A stretch of 64,000 nucleotides of DNA from Octopus bimaculoides (lineage: Eukaryota), in assembly GCF_001194135.2 (NCBI RefSeq), contig NC_068998.1:16905344-16969343 (forward strand), in the 5' to 3' direction. Within the stretch, counting starts at the first letter, position 1. The number at the start of each line of letters is the position of its first letter. The notes under the pieces were generated by a model. That model was given only the letters and a program-made list of their open reading frames with translations. It made no database searches and had not been told where the DNA came from. Of the stretch, positions 1 to 12,408 are shown piece by piece. The position numbers and the translations under genes were made by a program.

Positions 1-1270
1 CTAGCCAATCTGACCAGCCAGGCATTTAAGGTCACTCAGTCAGCCTAGACAGCTCAATGCAGACTGGCCAAACCAGGCCATACCATATAAGGATGCCTAG
101 CATGTGAGCCAGCCCAATCTGTGTAATCTGGTCAACCTCTGAAGCCCAACCCAGCCTAGGCAGAACAACTTGGCCAACTCAGGTAGCCCATCCGAGCCAC
201 CACAGGCAGGCCAGGTAGACCAGCCAAGCTCAGACAGCCTTGTAAGTCCAGACAGCCCAGGCTCTCAACCCATTTAAGCAAATGCAGTTCAGCAAACCAA
301 GCCAACCCGACCTGGCCAGCCCAATCTGTGCAATCTGACTAGCTCCTGTAGCGCAACCCAGCTAGCCCAAGAAAACCAACCCCTGTAGCCCAACCTGGCC
401 AACTCAGGTAGAATAGCTCAGCCAGCTAACCTGCCTAACCTGTGCATGACAGCTCAGACTGCTGACCCAGATATGTCAGAGTCCAGCCAGGCTTGTTTGG
501 TCAACCAGGATAGGACAGCCTAGCCAACCTAGCTAGCTCAGGTAGGATAATCTAGCCAGCCTTGACAGCTCTGTTCTGCCAGTCCTAGCAGCCCAGATCA
601 ACAAGCTAGGTCAGACATGCCAGGCTATGCAGTCTGGCAAGCCCCTGAAGCCCAACTCAGCTTTCACAGGCAGACAAGCCTGGCCAGCCCAGGAGAACCA
701 GCCAAGCCAACCCTTACTCAAGCATGTTTTGCCAGTGCCAACCTCTGTGAATGTGACTGCTAAGTTAAATGACCTATTTAGAGTAGAAATGTCTTTAACT
801 ATTCTTTAATTTACAATCTCATTCTGCAATCCACCTGCATGATTGACAGATCCACTTTACATTTCTGTAAATCAGTCCAGCCTGGCCAGCTCATTCAGTC
901 ATACATAGCTTGGCTAGCTCAGATGGCCTGACCAGCCCAGAGTCCCAGCCTGACCAGTCTAGACAGGACACCCTGGCCATTCTAGACAATTCAACCTGGT
1001 CACCCCAGCCAGGCCAGGTCAGCTTCACATAGTAGCCCATTACAGCTAACCCTCTACTCTAGACCAGAGTCCCAGCCAACCCAGACAAACCATCCTGGCC
1101 AGTTCAAGCATGACGGGCTAGCTAGCTCAGGCATCATCTATAAGATAATCCAGTTAACCCATGTATCCCACCCTGACCACTCTAAGCAACCCAGACAGGC
1201 TAGCTCAGCTAGCCCAGCTTTGCCACATAAGCTGGCTTGACCAATAGCCCAGCCAGCTGAGTCCAGCCTG
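1..1270. repeat. Degenerate C/A-skewed minisatellite-like block built from CCAG(C/G)C/CTAG/CCTGG motifs
   Basis: Much GC-richer than the rest of the window; short motifs such as cccagcc, ctggccagc and ctagcc recur at roughly 10-12 nt spacing; no convincing ORF. Confidence 0.6.
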
Positions 1271-1514
1271 TATGTTGTTGACTGTATTTTAGTTAAAGTT
1301 ATGCTTTAATAAGGTCTGTCCAGAGTTGCCTCTCATAGGTATTTCTCATTGATAACAGCTAAAGAGCTAGAAACATTGAAGTCTTGGAATGCTGATAGTG
1401 TTGACACTGGACAGATATTGCGTTTTTACACCTTTTTACCATAAGAGAATTTTTCTCCATGGTAACTGCAGTGAATTTGTCTTTTAGCAGTTGAAATATT
1501 TTAACTAACCTAAG

Positions 1515-1545
<31 letters not shown>

Positions 1546-2063
1546 CCCATATATACATACACTCACACATATATGAATTTAGCAATTGACAAATAAAACT
1601 GGAATTTATTAACCATGTTATTCCTTAATGTACTTAACAGTAAATGATTTTTTTTTAATAACTGCCTTATAACCTGTTTTGATAGAGTCAAATGTTATGT
1701 CTGGAGCTAGCAACCAGCCCTTACACAAGCATGTTTTGGCAGTTCCAGCCTGTGAGTGTGACTGCTAAGTTAATTTGCAACCTCATTCTGCGATCCACCT
1801 GCATGATTGACAGATCCACTTTACATTTCTGAAATGTTGGTAACTCTGATTATAAATTTCACTTATTGATAAGCTGTTGATTAATCAAAGAGTTTTTGTA
1901 AGATAATATGAAATTGCAATATTTCCACCAATTAGCAAAACGCAAAACCAGTAGACTACCATAATATTCTATCTTTTAAAATATATTAGAAATATAAAAA
2001 TTCTGTGCATTTTCCTTCTTTTGTTATATATTTTTTCACTATGAAGATATATATATATATATA

Positions 2064-2985
2064 NNNNNNNNNNNNNNNNNNNNNNNNNNNNNNNNNNNNN
2101 NNNNNNNNNNNNNNNNNNNNNNNNNNNNNNNNNNNNNNNNNNNNNNNNNNNNNNNNNNNNNNNNNNNNNNNNNNNNNNNNNNNNNNNNNNNNNNNNNNNN
2201 NNNNNNNNNNNNNNNNNNNNNNNNNNNNNNNNNNNNNNNNNNNNNNNNNNNNNNNNNNNNNNNNNNNNNNNNNNNNNNNNNNNNNNNNNNNNNNNNNNNN
2301 NNNNNNNNNNNNNNNNNNNNNNNNNNNNNNNNNNNNNNNNNNNNNNNNNNNNNNNNNNNNNNNNNNNNNNNNNNNNNNNNNNNNNNNNNNNNNNNNNNNN
2401 NNNNNNNNNNNNNNNNNNNNNNNNNNNNNNNNNNNNNNNNNNNNNNNNNNNNNNNNNNNNNNNNNNNNNNNNNNNNNNNNNNNNNNNNNNNNNNNNNNNN
2501 NNNNNNNNNNNNNNNNNNNNNNNNNNNNNNNNNNNNNNNNNNNNNNNNNNNNNNNNNNNNNNNNNNNNNNNNNNNNNNNNNNNNNNNNNNNNNNNNNNNN
2601 NNNNNNNNNNNNNNNNNNNNNNNNNNNNNNNNNNNNNNNNNNNNNNNNNNNNNNNNNNNNNNNNNNNNNNNNNNNNNNNNNNNNNNNNNNNNNNNNNNNN
2701 NNNNNNNNNNNNNNNNNNNNNNNNNNNNNNNNNNNNNNNNNNNNNNNNNNNNNNNNNNNNNNNNNNNNNNNNNNNNNNNNNNNNNNNNNNNNNNNNNNNN
2801 NNNNNNNNNNNNNNNNNNNNNNNNNNNNNNNNNNNNNNNNNNNNNNNNNNNNNNNNNNNNNNNNNNNNNNNNNNNNNNNNNNNNNNNNNNNNNNNNNNNN
2901 NNNNNNNNNNNNNNNNNNNNNNNNNNNNNNNNNNNNNNNNNNNNNNNNNNNNNNNNNNNNNNNNNNNNNNNNNNNNNNNNNNNNN
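2064..2985. other. Assembly gap (N run) abutting a (TA)n microsatellite
   Basis: Run of N. Smaller gaps at 8527-8539, 11947-12016, 15700-15798 and 48352-48427 also sit at microsatellites. Confidence 0.98.
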
Positions 2986-3232
2986 GGTACATAAAAGACA
3001 CCATTTCGAGCGTGGCCGTTGCCAGTATTGCCTGACTGGCCTTCGTGCAGGTGACACGTAAAAGCACCTACTACACTCTCTGAGTGGTTGGCGTTAGGAA
3101 GGGCATCCAGCTGTAGAAACTCTGCCAAATTTAGATTGGAGCCTGGTGTTGCCATCCGGTTTCACCAATCCTCAGTCAAATCGTCCAACCCATGCTAGCA
3201 TGGAAAGCGGACGTTAAACGATGATGATGATA
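2986..3232 (-). mobile_element. Abundant interspersed repeat ('family A': catcatcgtttaacgtccgctttccatgctagcatgggttggacg ... ctggatgcccttcctaacgccaacc)
   Basis: Close copy at 39650-39957; more diverged or partial copies near 8990-9150, 9585-9640, 9930-10050, 11660-11935, 24520-24730, 36540-36845, 44640-44731, 54450-54570. Confidence 0.8.
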
Positions 3233-3744
3233 TGATAGGCTTCTTTCAGTTTCTGTCAACCAAATTCACTCTCAATGATTAGTTCAGCCTGTGGTTAGAG
3301 TAGAAAAAACTTGTCCAAAGTGTCATGGGGCTGAACCTGAATCTAGGCCAATGCTCGGCAACCTTTTTTCATTTGCAGTACAATTATGGCAGCACACCTG
3401 AACTAAAAACATAACTAAAAGTATAGTGAAAAAATTATATTCAGGTTACACTATGCCACACCTAGCATCCTTTCATGGCACCCCAGTGTTGTGGTATACT
3501 GGTTGTGAAGCACTAATCTAGGTGGTTGGGAAGTGAACTTCTTAACCACACAGGCACGCCTGCATCTATACCTGTAATATGATATATATATATATATATC
3601 ATTCCAATAGGAATTGAAATTAGTTATTAGTTAACATGATCAACCCCATCACACTCCTGCAATATTTCCTGGTGCAGCCTTTTGCTAAGTTATGAACTTT
3701 ATACCCTGGAACTGACAATATTCTGTAATTCAATTTTTAAGGAT

Positions 3745-3750
3745 TTTATT
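3745..3750 (-). promoter_or_regulatory. Candidate poly(A) signal (AATAAA) for ELMOD3
   Basis: tttatt on the + strand about 310 nt downstream of the ELMOD3 stop codon; position only, no transcript data. Confidence 0.35.
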
Positions 3751-4056
3751 GGATTAATAAAATATAGAAGAATTTGTATGTATAATTAATGGCTTTGAGA
3801 TTAAAATGCTGAACTACAAGCTAAATAATGATCAGGAGTTCAAACTTCATGAAAGCAGTAAAGGTGTAGCATTTCTGAATGAAGTACAAAATTCTGCTTG
3901 GCTCAGTTTGCTCAGCTGACAACAGTATCCCCTTCCACTTCATGTTTGGGTATTTTAGTACTGAACAACTAATTATACAGCTATAAGAAAATCAACATTG
4001 TCCATGCTTCTGTAAGAGTACAATCAGAAATAAATAACAGCCAAGATTAACAATTA

Positions 4057-4232
4057 TTAACAGTTGTTAATTAAATCAGAGACACCAGTGAAATGGTCAT
4101 GTTTTGTTGATGTTGATGTTGATGATGATGATTGTTTACATTTGCTTGGTTGTGAGATGTTTGGGTTCTGTATGTACTGTTCAACTTCTTTTATCAGGGA
4201 CGGAATATTCTTCTTCAGAGCTGTTTCGACAT
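4057..4232 (-). CDS. ELMOD3: ELMOD3 last coding exon (DVETALKKNIPSLIKEVEQY...HFTGVSDLINNC*)
   Basis: Acceptor ttctactctgcag|AT; phase 1 matches the upstream exon; TAA at 4057-4059; FTGVSDL resembles the human ELMOD3 C-terminal FTGESDL (recalled). Confidence 0.85.
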
Positions 4233-4474
4233 CTGCAGAGTAGAAAGCAATGATGCTTTGTTGTTAAATAAACTGGCAACATTTAGTGAATAGAATTATT
4301 GATAATCAATCATGTTAGAATTCACTTTGGGTTATCTATTAAAATTACACATTACAGAAGTGAGCACACTCATACTCATACATATTTATGCAGGCGTATA
4401 TGTACATACATATATATACACACTCTCACACACATACAAACGCATATATACCTACACACACACACACACACACA

Positions 4475-5347
4475 CAGGGTGCGATGGGTAAATTGTCGCC
4501 ATTTTATATTTTTTATTTTGTGCATGCGCATTGTTTGTTTTTGAGTTTGTCAACTACACAGTATCGTAGGGCCAGTTGGGCACTGTCGGTGAGAAAAATA
4601 GCACCATGACACAATTCATTCAGCCAGAAACTTGGAAACGACATAATGTACTGCTTAGCATTCACGCTGGAAGCTCCAATACGAACATTTCAGAGTGTTT
4701 GGGTGACAGTCTGGAGACATGTACCGAGAATGATAAAAATCAAACATCCAGTCAACATTATGGTGTTTGGAGTGATCACTAGTGATGGGGACGTTATGAC
4801 TCCATTCATCTTCCCTCACAACCTCAGACTCAACACGGAGGCCTACATCAAGTTCCTGGAGGAGGTAGTGCTGCCCTGGGTCAAGAGGGTGGCTGCTGGA
4901 AGACCCTGTGTCTGGCAACAGGACTCTGCACCATGCCACACAAGCAGGAGAACCCAGTCATGGCTATCAGACAATTTCTGCGACCACATCACCCCTAACA
5001 TCTGGCCACCTAACTCCCCAGACTGCAACCCTCTTGATTATCATGTGTGGGGTGCAGTTGAGAAAGAGACCAACAAAACTCCTTGTAACACCAAAGATGA
5101 ACTGAAGGCAAGGATTATGGCAGCATTCACCAACTTAAACAAGGAGACCATCCAGAAGAGCTGCAGGAAGTTCTGGAGTCATCTGGAGGGCATGATGAAA
5201 GCCAATGGCGATTTTATTGAATAAATTTACTCTTTAGTATTTCAAGATATTTTTATTTAATTTTGGTAAACATATCTGTTAAAATGAGATGTTAGTGTTA
5301 TTTTCATTTTTGCATAACTTGGATGACAGTTTATTCACTGCATCCTG
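4475..5347 (+). mobile_element. Internally deleted Tc1/mariner element, DD37D (maT-like) transposase C-terminal half
   Basis: ORF 4646-5224 has QQDSAPCH...WPPNSPDCNPLD with 37 residues between the second and third catalytic Asp. Degenerate ~28-bp TIRs (cagggtgcgatgggtaaattgtcgcc / ggatgacagtttattcactgcatcctg) and TA at 5348-5349. HTH domain and first Asp are missing. Confidence 0.9.
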
Positions 5348-5460
5348 TACACACATGCACACATGCACTCATGCAGTTAATACATATCCTTTGGACGTTT
5401 CTAACAGAATGTAATATTCAGAAATAATGTATGTATTCAATGATTTAAGTGGATCTTTAC

Positions 5461-5588
5461 CTTTTAACACAAAACCAGAATCAACAATAGTTTTATGCTG
5501 GTATTTCCAGATATGATAGATCTTAAAATATGTTGCTACAAAAACCTCATTCACAACTGTTATCACATCACCTTGCTTGTTACACAAC
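5461..5588 (-). CDS. ELMOD3: ELMOD3 coding exon 7 (LCNKQGDVITVVNEVFVATYFKIYHIWKYQHKTIVDSGFVLK)
   Basis: tttcag| acceptor, G|gtaaag donor, phase 2 to 1; KTIVDSGFVLK matches human ELMOD3 KTISDSGFVLK (recalled). Confidence 0.93.
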
Positions 5589-6894
5589 CTGAAATTATTA
5601 AGAAAGATGATTTAATTAGAAAAATGTAATTAGAAAGGCTTTAAGAAAATGTAACAACCTCAGAAAAAATCAAACTATGTAAACAAAATTCTTTTCAAAT
5701 AGACAAGAAAATTAATCTATTGAAGATTTTGGAAGTTCCAAAGAAAAAATTCTTTATCTGTTTATTCATTAAAAATACTGAAAAAACTTAATTAATTTCA
5801 AAACTTGTTAGCTACAAAGGAGTTGATGTTATTGTAATGAAATTTGTATATATCTAGAAAACTTGCAATTATTATTGCTTTCAAAGTGAGCTGTGAAAGT
5901 CCTTTTAGAATGAGTATTGAGGATGATGCTGAGAAATACAAGATTATGAACAACTGCATATATAATGATGACACATTTTATATGGACAGTGGTGTATATC
6001 TATAAATATGATATATTATATATTTTATAAGGATAACAGTATATATAATGGTTAAATATTTTATATGGATAACTGTGCAGCTAATGCATAAAAATATTAT
6101 ATATATATTCTATATAGACAAGTATGTATATAATAGATACATGAACCACTATATCTAGCAGTCATTGGCTTGGGAAGGTCTTTGACAGGGTACCATACTC
6201 TGTATGGAAGTCATGAAAAGAAACAGGTGGAGATTAGTGGCTTGTGAGAGTTGTGCAGGCTATGAATGAATATGTAAATAAGGACTCAATTCTCAGTCCT
6301 CCCTGCTATTTTTTTGCAATTACCCAAACCATAACAGAGAAGCTTAAAACCTGTTGTTTATAGAAACTCATGTAAGCCAATGGCCTAATTCTCACACTGG
6401 AAGCAGTCGTTGAGTTAGAGAAATGTTGAAGTAAAGCCTATAATCAAAGCTTAAAGTAAACTTAGCAAAGACAAAGTTTTGAAGACAGGTCTCCATTACT
6501 GTCATGTGGGAAGAGGCTATGATCAATATGCAAAAACAGAAGTGGATAGGAATTCCACACTGTGTACTTAATGTAAAGTATGGGGGCACAAAAGATGTAG
6601 TGGAACCATACACAGACTAACAGAGAAGAACTGTGTATGTAGCAGATGATAAAGAGAAGTTTGCAATAAGATCACAAATAAGATCATCATTAGTTTTTTT
6701 TTCCCAAATGTTCAGAAGGTCCTATAGAAGAAGTTGATTGCTTCTGTATCCTAGGTAACTTATTTAGCTGTGGAAGAGGGTGTTTAGGAAGCTTAGTAGC
6801 CAGAGTAAGAACAGGAGAGAGAAGGTCAACGAAGTTACTACCTTGGAAAGCCAAAATAAGTTTCTCTCCTAAATATAGAGTGCAGATTGCACAA

Positions 6895-7157
6895 ACACAT
6901 AGAGAATATTATATATTCATAACTATAGTCTCAAAATTTAAATAAATAGTAACATTAATTATAATAATCTTTAGTTTAACTATAATTTCTAGAATGCAAC
7001 TGGGTAATTTATTATAAATTTCTTTGACACATAAAGAATATTATATATTCATAATTATAGTCTTAAAATTTAAATAAATAGTAACATTAATTATAATAAT
7101 CTTTAGTTTAACTGTAATTTCTAGAATGAAACTGGGTAATTTATAATAAATTTCTTA
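6895..7157. repeat. Tandem duplication, 2 x ~132 bp
   Basis: acacatagagaatattatatattcataac...tttctt is repeated from 7027 with few substitutions. Confidence 0.9.
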
Positions 7158-7853
7158 GGTGATTAACTACTTCACTGACATTGATCTATCATAAGGTAAA
7201 TTACAATCAATGCTTTTAGCTCCAGTTGAAGCAATCGTATCATTTAAACTAACTAATGGATACTCTTACTTTGTTTTTCAACACATTACACATGCATGCG
7301 CTCAGATGTATTAAACAAATTTGCATATACACATACATTAATAATGTTTTTTTTTTTAAATACATTGTTTGCTAAAATGCACATATCTGAGTCAATCAAG
7401 AGTCAACCAACACATTGAGTGTAGCTCCTTTTTTATCAAATTCTTCCCTTGAAGAAATACCCAATTCGACATATTCACATAAAAATTTAAATTAATTTAA
7501 TTTAATTCCTCAAATTTAATTAATTGGGTGTGGAAACAGCTGTAGGAGCAAGGAATTTGATATTGTACAGAATTGATTATGTTCAAATAAATTGATGTCT
7601 ATACATCAGTTTCTCCGATTTCTTTTTCTATTACTTAAATGATTTATACCCATGTCCATCAACGTGAAACTAACATCTTTGGTTTTTCACTGACACTGGA
7701 TAAAACCGGCGAACTTGAATGCTGACATCCCTTTAAGAGGATTTTATATCCTTGATTTAATTGAATTGAATATACGTGGTCTGATCAATAAGTATCCGGA
7801 ATGTTGCAATAGTGATGAAGCTAAAGCATGCAGAATGTATATAAGTGTATAAG

Positions 7854-8008
7854 ATGGGCTTCTTTCAATTTCTGTCAAACAAATCCACTCACAAAGTTTT
7901 GGTTGATCCAAGACTATAGTAGAAGGCACTTGCCCAAGGTACTGTGATGTGGGACTGAACCCAAGACCACATGGTTGGGAGGTAAACTTCTTAACAAAAC
8001 AGCCATGC
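7854..8008 (-). mobile_element. tRNA-derived SINE 5' fragment (CORE-like, 'family B')
   Basis: Reverse complement contains ggttcagtccc (B-box-like) and ccttgggcaagtgccttctactatag, as in the longer copies at 26632 and 28530. Confidence 0.75.
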
Positions 8009-8249
8009 ATGTACCTAGTAACTATTATTTCAGAATTAAATCACATATGGTTGGCTGGCAGAAGCAAGTTCATTAAATCTGATCATTCTGTACCTAGTTA
8101 ATCCATAATACCCACCAAGGATTTGGTAAAAGCATTATGACATATTATAATTTGAAACTCATAAAAGAGAGGGACAATGCATTAATCAGGCAAAATCCAA
8201 AAAGTTTTGAAAAGAAGGACAATATGAAATAGTCAGAAAATCAACGTAC

Positions 8250-8326
8250 TTGTTCAGTCGATCAGTCCTCAAAGCTTGAAGCACCATTTTAGTAGCATTC
8301 AGACTCATGACACAGAATGGAAAATG
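8250..8326 (-). CDS. ELMOD3: ELMOD3 coding exon 6 (HFPFCVMSLNATKMVLQALRTDRLN)
   Basis: ttttttaaag| acceptor, AA|gtacgt donor, phase 0 to 2; FPFC..S.N.T is an ELMO-domain motif. Confidence 0.93.
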
Positions 8327-8539
8327 CTTTAAAAAATGCAATATACAATGCTTATGTATGTGTACAAACAAACAATTCAAATAAACGAAAAAAAACAAAA
8401 CAAATATCAGGACATGTATATGAAATGTATAAGCTTGATGTTCAATGAAAGGAGAGAGTTTGACATTTTGAGCATAACTCTTCATCAGAAAGGAGAAAAG
8501 AAAAGGGAAAAAGTCCAAAGATGGAANNNNNNNNNNNNN

Positions 8540-8585
<46 letters not shown>

Positions 8586-8689
8586 TACAGACATGTTCTT
8601 GACCCCCAGACAGAAGATAAACTGTTTTTACTTCACATTTTTATAAATTTTTACTGATATTTGATAAGATGAGAGATTGCCATCAATAC

Positions 8690-8820
8690 CTGAGTCTTGT
8701 GAGATGATAAACTGTACATTTTGTCTTTTAGGTTATTTAGCTGAGGCTTTGAAGTTAAATAAAGAAGTTGCAGGAGCCCAAGAAGACCAACAGCTCGCAA
8801 ATCAGTTGATGGATCAGTAC
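8690..8820 (-). CDS. ELMOD3: ELMOD3 coding exon 5 (GTDPSTDLRAVGLLGLLQLLYL...HKTQ), contains the GAP catalytic Arg
   Basis: ttgctttag| acceptor, CAG|gtattg donor, phase 1 to 0; PxTDLR motif of ELMOD GAPs. Confidence 0.95.
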
Positions 8821-8861
8821 CTAAAGCAAAAAAGATAATGAAAACCAAAAATGAAGACAAC

Positions 8862-9005
8862 CATCATCATCGTCATCATTGTCGTCGCTGTCATCGTCGT
8901 CGTCATCATCGTCATCGTCATTGTTGTCATCATCGTCATCATCATCTTCATCATCCGCATCCTCATCCTCATCGTCATCGTCGTCATCATCATCATCATC
9001 ATCAT
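8862..9005. repeat. Compound (CAT/CGT/CCT)n trinucleotide microsatellite
   Basis: Seen directly; it produces the spurious poly-His, poly-Asp and poly-Met ORFs. Confidence 0.95.
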
Positions 9006-10367
9006 TTAATATCCCTCTTTCCATGCTGGCATGGGTTAGATGGTTTGACAGGAACTGAACTGATGAACCAGAGGCCAGCACCCAGTTCGAATGTCTGTTT
9101 GGAATGCTTTGTACACCGACCACTTTACAGAATGTATGGGGTGCTTTTTCTGTGGCACCAGCACTAGAGAGGTCACCAAGTACATGCAAGACAAGATCTC
9201 CTCAACTGAACGGAGTATAGTATTGAAGGAGGTGAAAGTATTGCAAAGGGACAGGAATAGATGTCTTGCAGAAGACATCTATTGTGGCTTCTCCAGCTGG
9301 AAAGAGAGAGTGATGGTGAGAGTAAGCCATCAAGGTACAAGGTTAATATAAGAGAGAGAATAGGGAGTGAGGAATGGAAGAAGTGGGTAGGTAGATAAAT
9401 GCACTAGAGTATGAAAACATTGTGACAGGTGATTCTAATTTGTCACAAGAAAAAAGGTCACATGAAACCACTAAATATTTAGTTCTTAAATATTTATTTT
9501 TAGTGAAACCCTAAGTCTATAAACTGGGGATGGATGGTGGAAATAGACAACTAAGTTGACCTTACTATTTTATTGGTACTACAGTCCCACCCATGCTAGC
9601 ATGGAAGGCAGACATTAAACGATGATGATGATGATGATAGTGTTTTGGCTTCTGGAAGAGTGAAAGTTGAAGTCAACCTTGGCAGAACTTGAACCGTGAA
9701 TGTAGAGAGAGGTACACTCAAGGCACTTTAACTTGTACAATGCTAATACCATATCTACCAATCAACCTCCCTAAACTTTTCCTTTGGTTGTCATTCAGCA
9801 TAATTTACTCTGTTTGCAAGTAGTCATACTAAGAAATCTGGGTCCATCTCTCCTTTCCACATTTTTCTTGCAGACATTTACCTGCACATTGTATAGATTT
9901 GGAGGTGGCAGCAGCAATAGAACCCTCCACCTCCTCCTCCTTTAACATCCGTTTTTCAGGCTGGCATGGGTTGGACTGTTTGACCTGAGTTGGCAAGCTG
10001 GAGAGCTGCACCAGGTTTTTATGTGGCACCAGCACAAGACTCTTCCGGGCCAATCTTCTTCACCAGGGAATGCAGCCTTAACACTTCTGCTGTGGAGGAT
10101 GGGTCTCTTTAAGCATCATCTGCATCAATTATTTCATACCAGTCTTGGAAGGTTTGGTAGAAAACTTCATGAATACTACCTAAACTCCTCTTTCTCTGAT
10201 GACTATGATGACTAACTTATTAAAAACTACCATATAGGAAAAAAGCAATGGTTATTCACAGCAGCCAGTTAATTGTGCTCGCTTAGAGGATGTTCAATGT
10301 ACTTAGTTTGCTGCATCATGGCCACAGCTTCTGGCTGAAACAAGTAAAAGTACTTAGGCAAACATAC

Positions 10368-10614
10368 CTTGGAAACCAATCTCTTCCCAATGATATCCAT
10401 AACGGCTGCAGTTCATTTTGCGTCCAGTTAAATTGCGATACACAGCAAAAAGAGATTTCAGGTGAATTTGGTCCTGGTTATCAAAGGTAGTGGCAGCAAG
10501 ACAGAAAACAAATTCTTTTGATTGTAGAAGATTACGTGAGAGTTTTGGAGGACCGAACAGAAAATTAGACAGAACTGACAACCCTTTCCGTTCAACAGAC
10601 GTGTGTATTTTGTC
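10368..10614 (-). CDS. ELMOD3: ELMOD3 coding exon 4 (DKIHTSVERKGLSVLSNFLFGPPKL...HWEEIGFQ)
   Basis: cttcag| acceptor, G|gtatgt donor, phase 0 to 1; LFGPPKL and HWE..GFQG match human ELMOD3 (recalled). Confidence 0.95.
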
Positions 10615-10688
10615 CTGAAGTGAGTAAAAAGAAAAGAAAGGACAAATTTTTAGTGACATTTTACTAGAAGTAAACCAAAATGTATTAT

Positions 10689-10735
<47 letters not shown>

Positions 10736-10870
10736 AAAACTTCATAAGACAGCAACATCCAGAAATTTTAAAAATATAAAATTTGTGGAGAGTTAGGGCT
10801 TTGAACGAACAAACAACAACAGAGTGGATATACAGAGTAAACAACGACAAAGACAAACATTAAGGGCCAT

Positions 10871-10961
10871 TAGGCCAAGACGAATTGTAATGGGTTAGGC
10901 CAATTGTAATGGCCGCTAGGCCAACTGTAATGGCCGTTAGGCCAAGAGGAATTGTAATGGC
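10871..10961. repeat. Minisatellite, ~4 units of 21-25 bp (taggccaattgtaatggccgy)
   Basis: Seen directly. Confidence 0.85.
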
Positions 10962-11284
10962 CCAAGAGAAATTTTGAAAGGATATACAATGAATAGAAGG
11001 GAAGAAAATAGTAGAAGAGAAAAAATTAGTAGAAGAGAAAAAATGTTGAGAGGTGAGAGAAGAGGGAAATGATGTTCAGCTAGTTGGACATTGCATTCAG
11101 AAAAGACAGAGACAAGAAAAAGGCCTATAATCATGTGCGATCAACGGGCAGAGTAGAAGGGGGATTTGTCCTGTACTTTTCTCTTGTGTGCTTCCATATT
11201 TTTCACTCGTTAGTGATGTCCTGTGCTTATCTCTCATGTGTTTATGTATTTTTCACTTGTTGGTGATGTTCTGTACTTAATGTG

Positions 11285-11320
<36 letters not shown>

Positions 11321-12210
11321 ACATGCATGTATGTATGAATATGTGCATATATATATTTAAATTAGTAAAAAGGCAGGAAAGCAGAAATTTCACAGATGAT
11401 TCATAATTTAATGTTGCTCTACAGCTGTTTTAGTAGATAGAATAAAAACACAATCATTTATACAATTATGTAATTGGCATACATAATTATATAATTAAGT
11501 TAAATTTCATGGGTTATTTATTCCATCAGGAGAAAAAAAACTGAAAAATAGAAACCAAAATACTACTACTATTTTAAATAAGATATATAAAAAACATGCA
11601 TTTATATAATATAGTACAATATAATATAATATAATATAATATATATATCCAGTTCACACTGTAAAGTGGTTGGCATTTGGAAGGGCATCCAGCTTTAAAA
11701 ACCTTGCCAAAACTGACCTTGCCTGTGCTTGTGCCACGTAAAAAGCACTAAGCCCACTCTGCACAGCGATTGGTGTTAGGAAGGGCATCCAGCTGTAAAA
11801 CTCCTGCCAAAACAGTCACAGAAGTCTGGTGCTGGCTTCTGCCTGGCTGGCTTCTGCCTGGCTGGCTTCTGTCAAAGTGTCCCACCCATGCCAACATGGA
11901 AGGCAGATGTTAAAAACTATGATGATGATGTGGGTGTGTGTGTATGNNNNNNNNNNNNNNNNNNNNNNNNNNNNNNNNNNNNNNNNNNNNNNNNNNNNNN
12001 NNNNNNNNNNNNNNNNTGTGTGTACGACTGTATGTATGTATGTGTGTATGTGTGTGTGTGTGTGTGCATGTTTGCTTGTATGCATATATGTATGTATGTA
12101 TGTAAGTACATAAGTATGGATATATGTATATATTTTTACTTGCATAAACATGTATGTATGCGTGTGGAGAGAAAGAGAGAGAGAAAGAGAGAGAAAGAGA
12201 GAGAGAAAGA

Positions 12211-12276
<66 letters not shown>

Positions 12277-12304
12277 AGTGGAGTGGAGAAAGAGTGATAT
12301 TTAC

Positions 12305-12408
12305 CTTTAGATGTGACATGTCAAGGCTCTGAAAATACTGCAAGGCTTCTTGGAAAGCAAAGTCTGGTGTCTGCGTTTGTTGAGGATCCAAACCAACATC
12401 TCCTTTGC
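12305..12408 (-). CDS. ELMOD3: ELMOD3 coding exon 3 (GKGDVGLDPQQTQTPDFAFQEALQYFQSLDMSHLK)
   Basis: ttttctag| acceptor, AAG|gtaaat donor, phase 1 to 0; F.EALQ.FQ..D.S..K matches human ELMOD3 (recalled). Confidence 0.92.

Noticed and set aside
627-809. 60-aa ORF in the GC-rich block
   Set aside because: It falls in degenerate repeat sequence with no homology or splice support.
1969-3155. Four long ORFs of 329-389 aa
   Set aside because: They are open only because they read through the N gap; the flanks are microsatellite and family A repeat.
8814-9189. Poly-Met/Thr, poly-Asp and poly-His ORFs
   Set aside because: They are translations of a (CAT/CGT)n microsatellite in an ELMOD3 intron.
11816-12391. 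191-aa ORF as a standalone gene
   Set aside because: Only 12305-12408 is a real ELMOD3 exon; the rest is (GA)n/(GT)n repeat and N gap.
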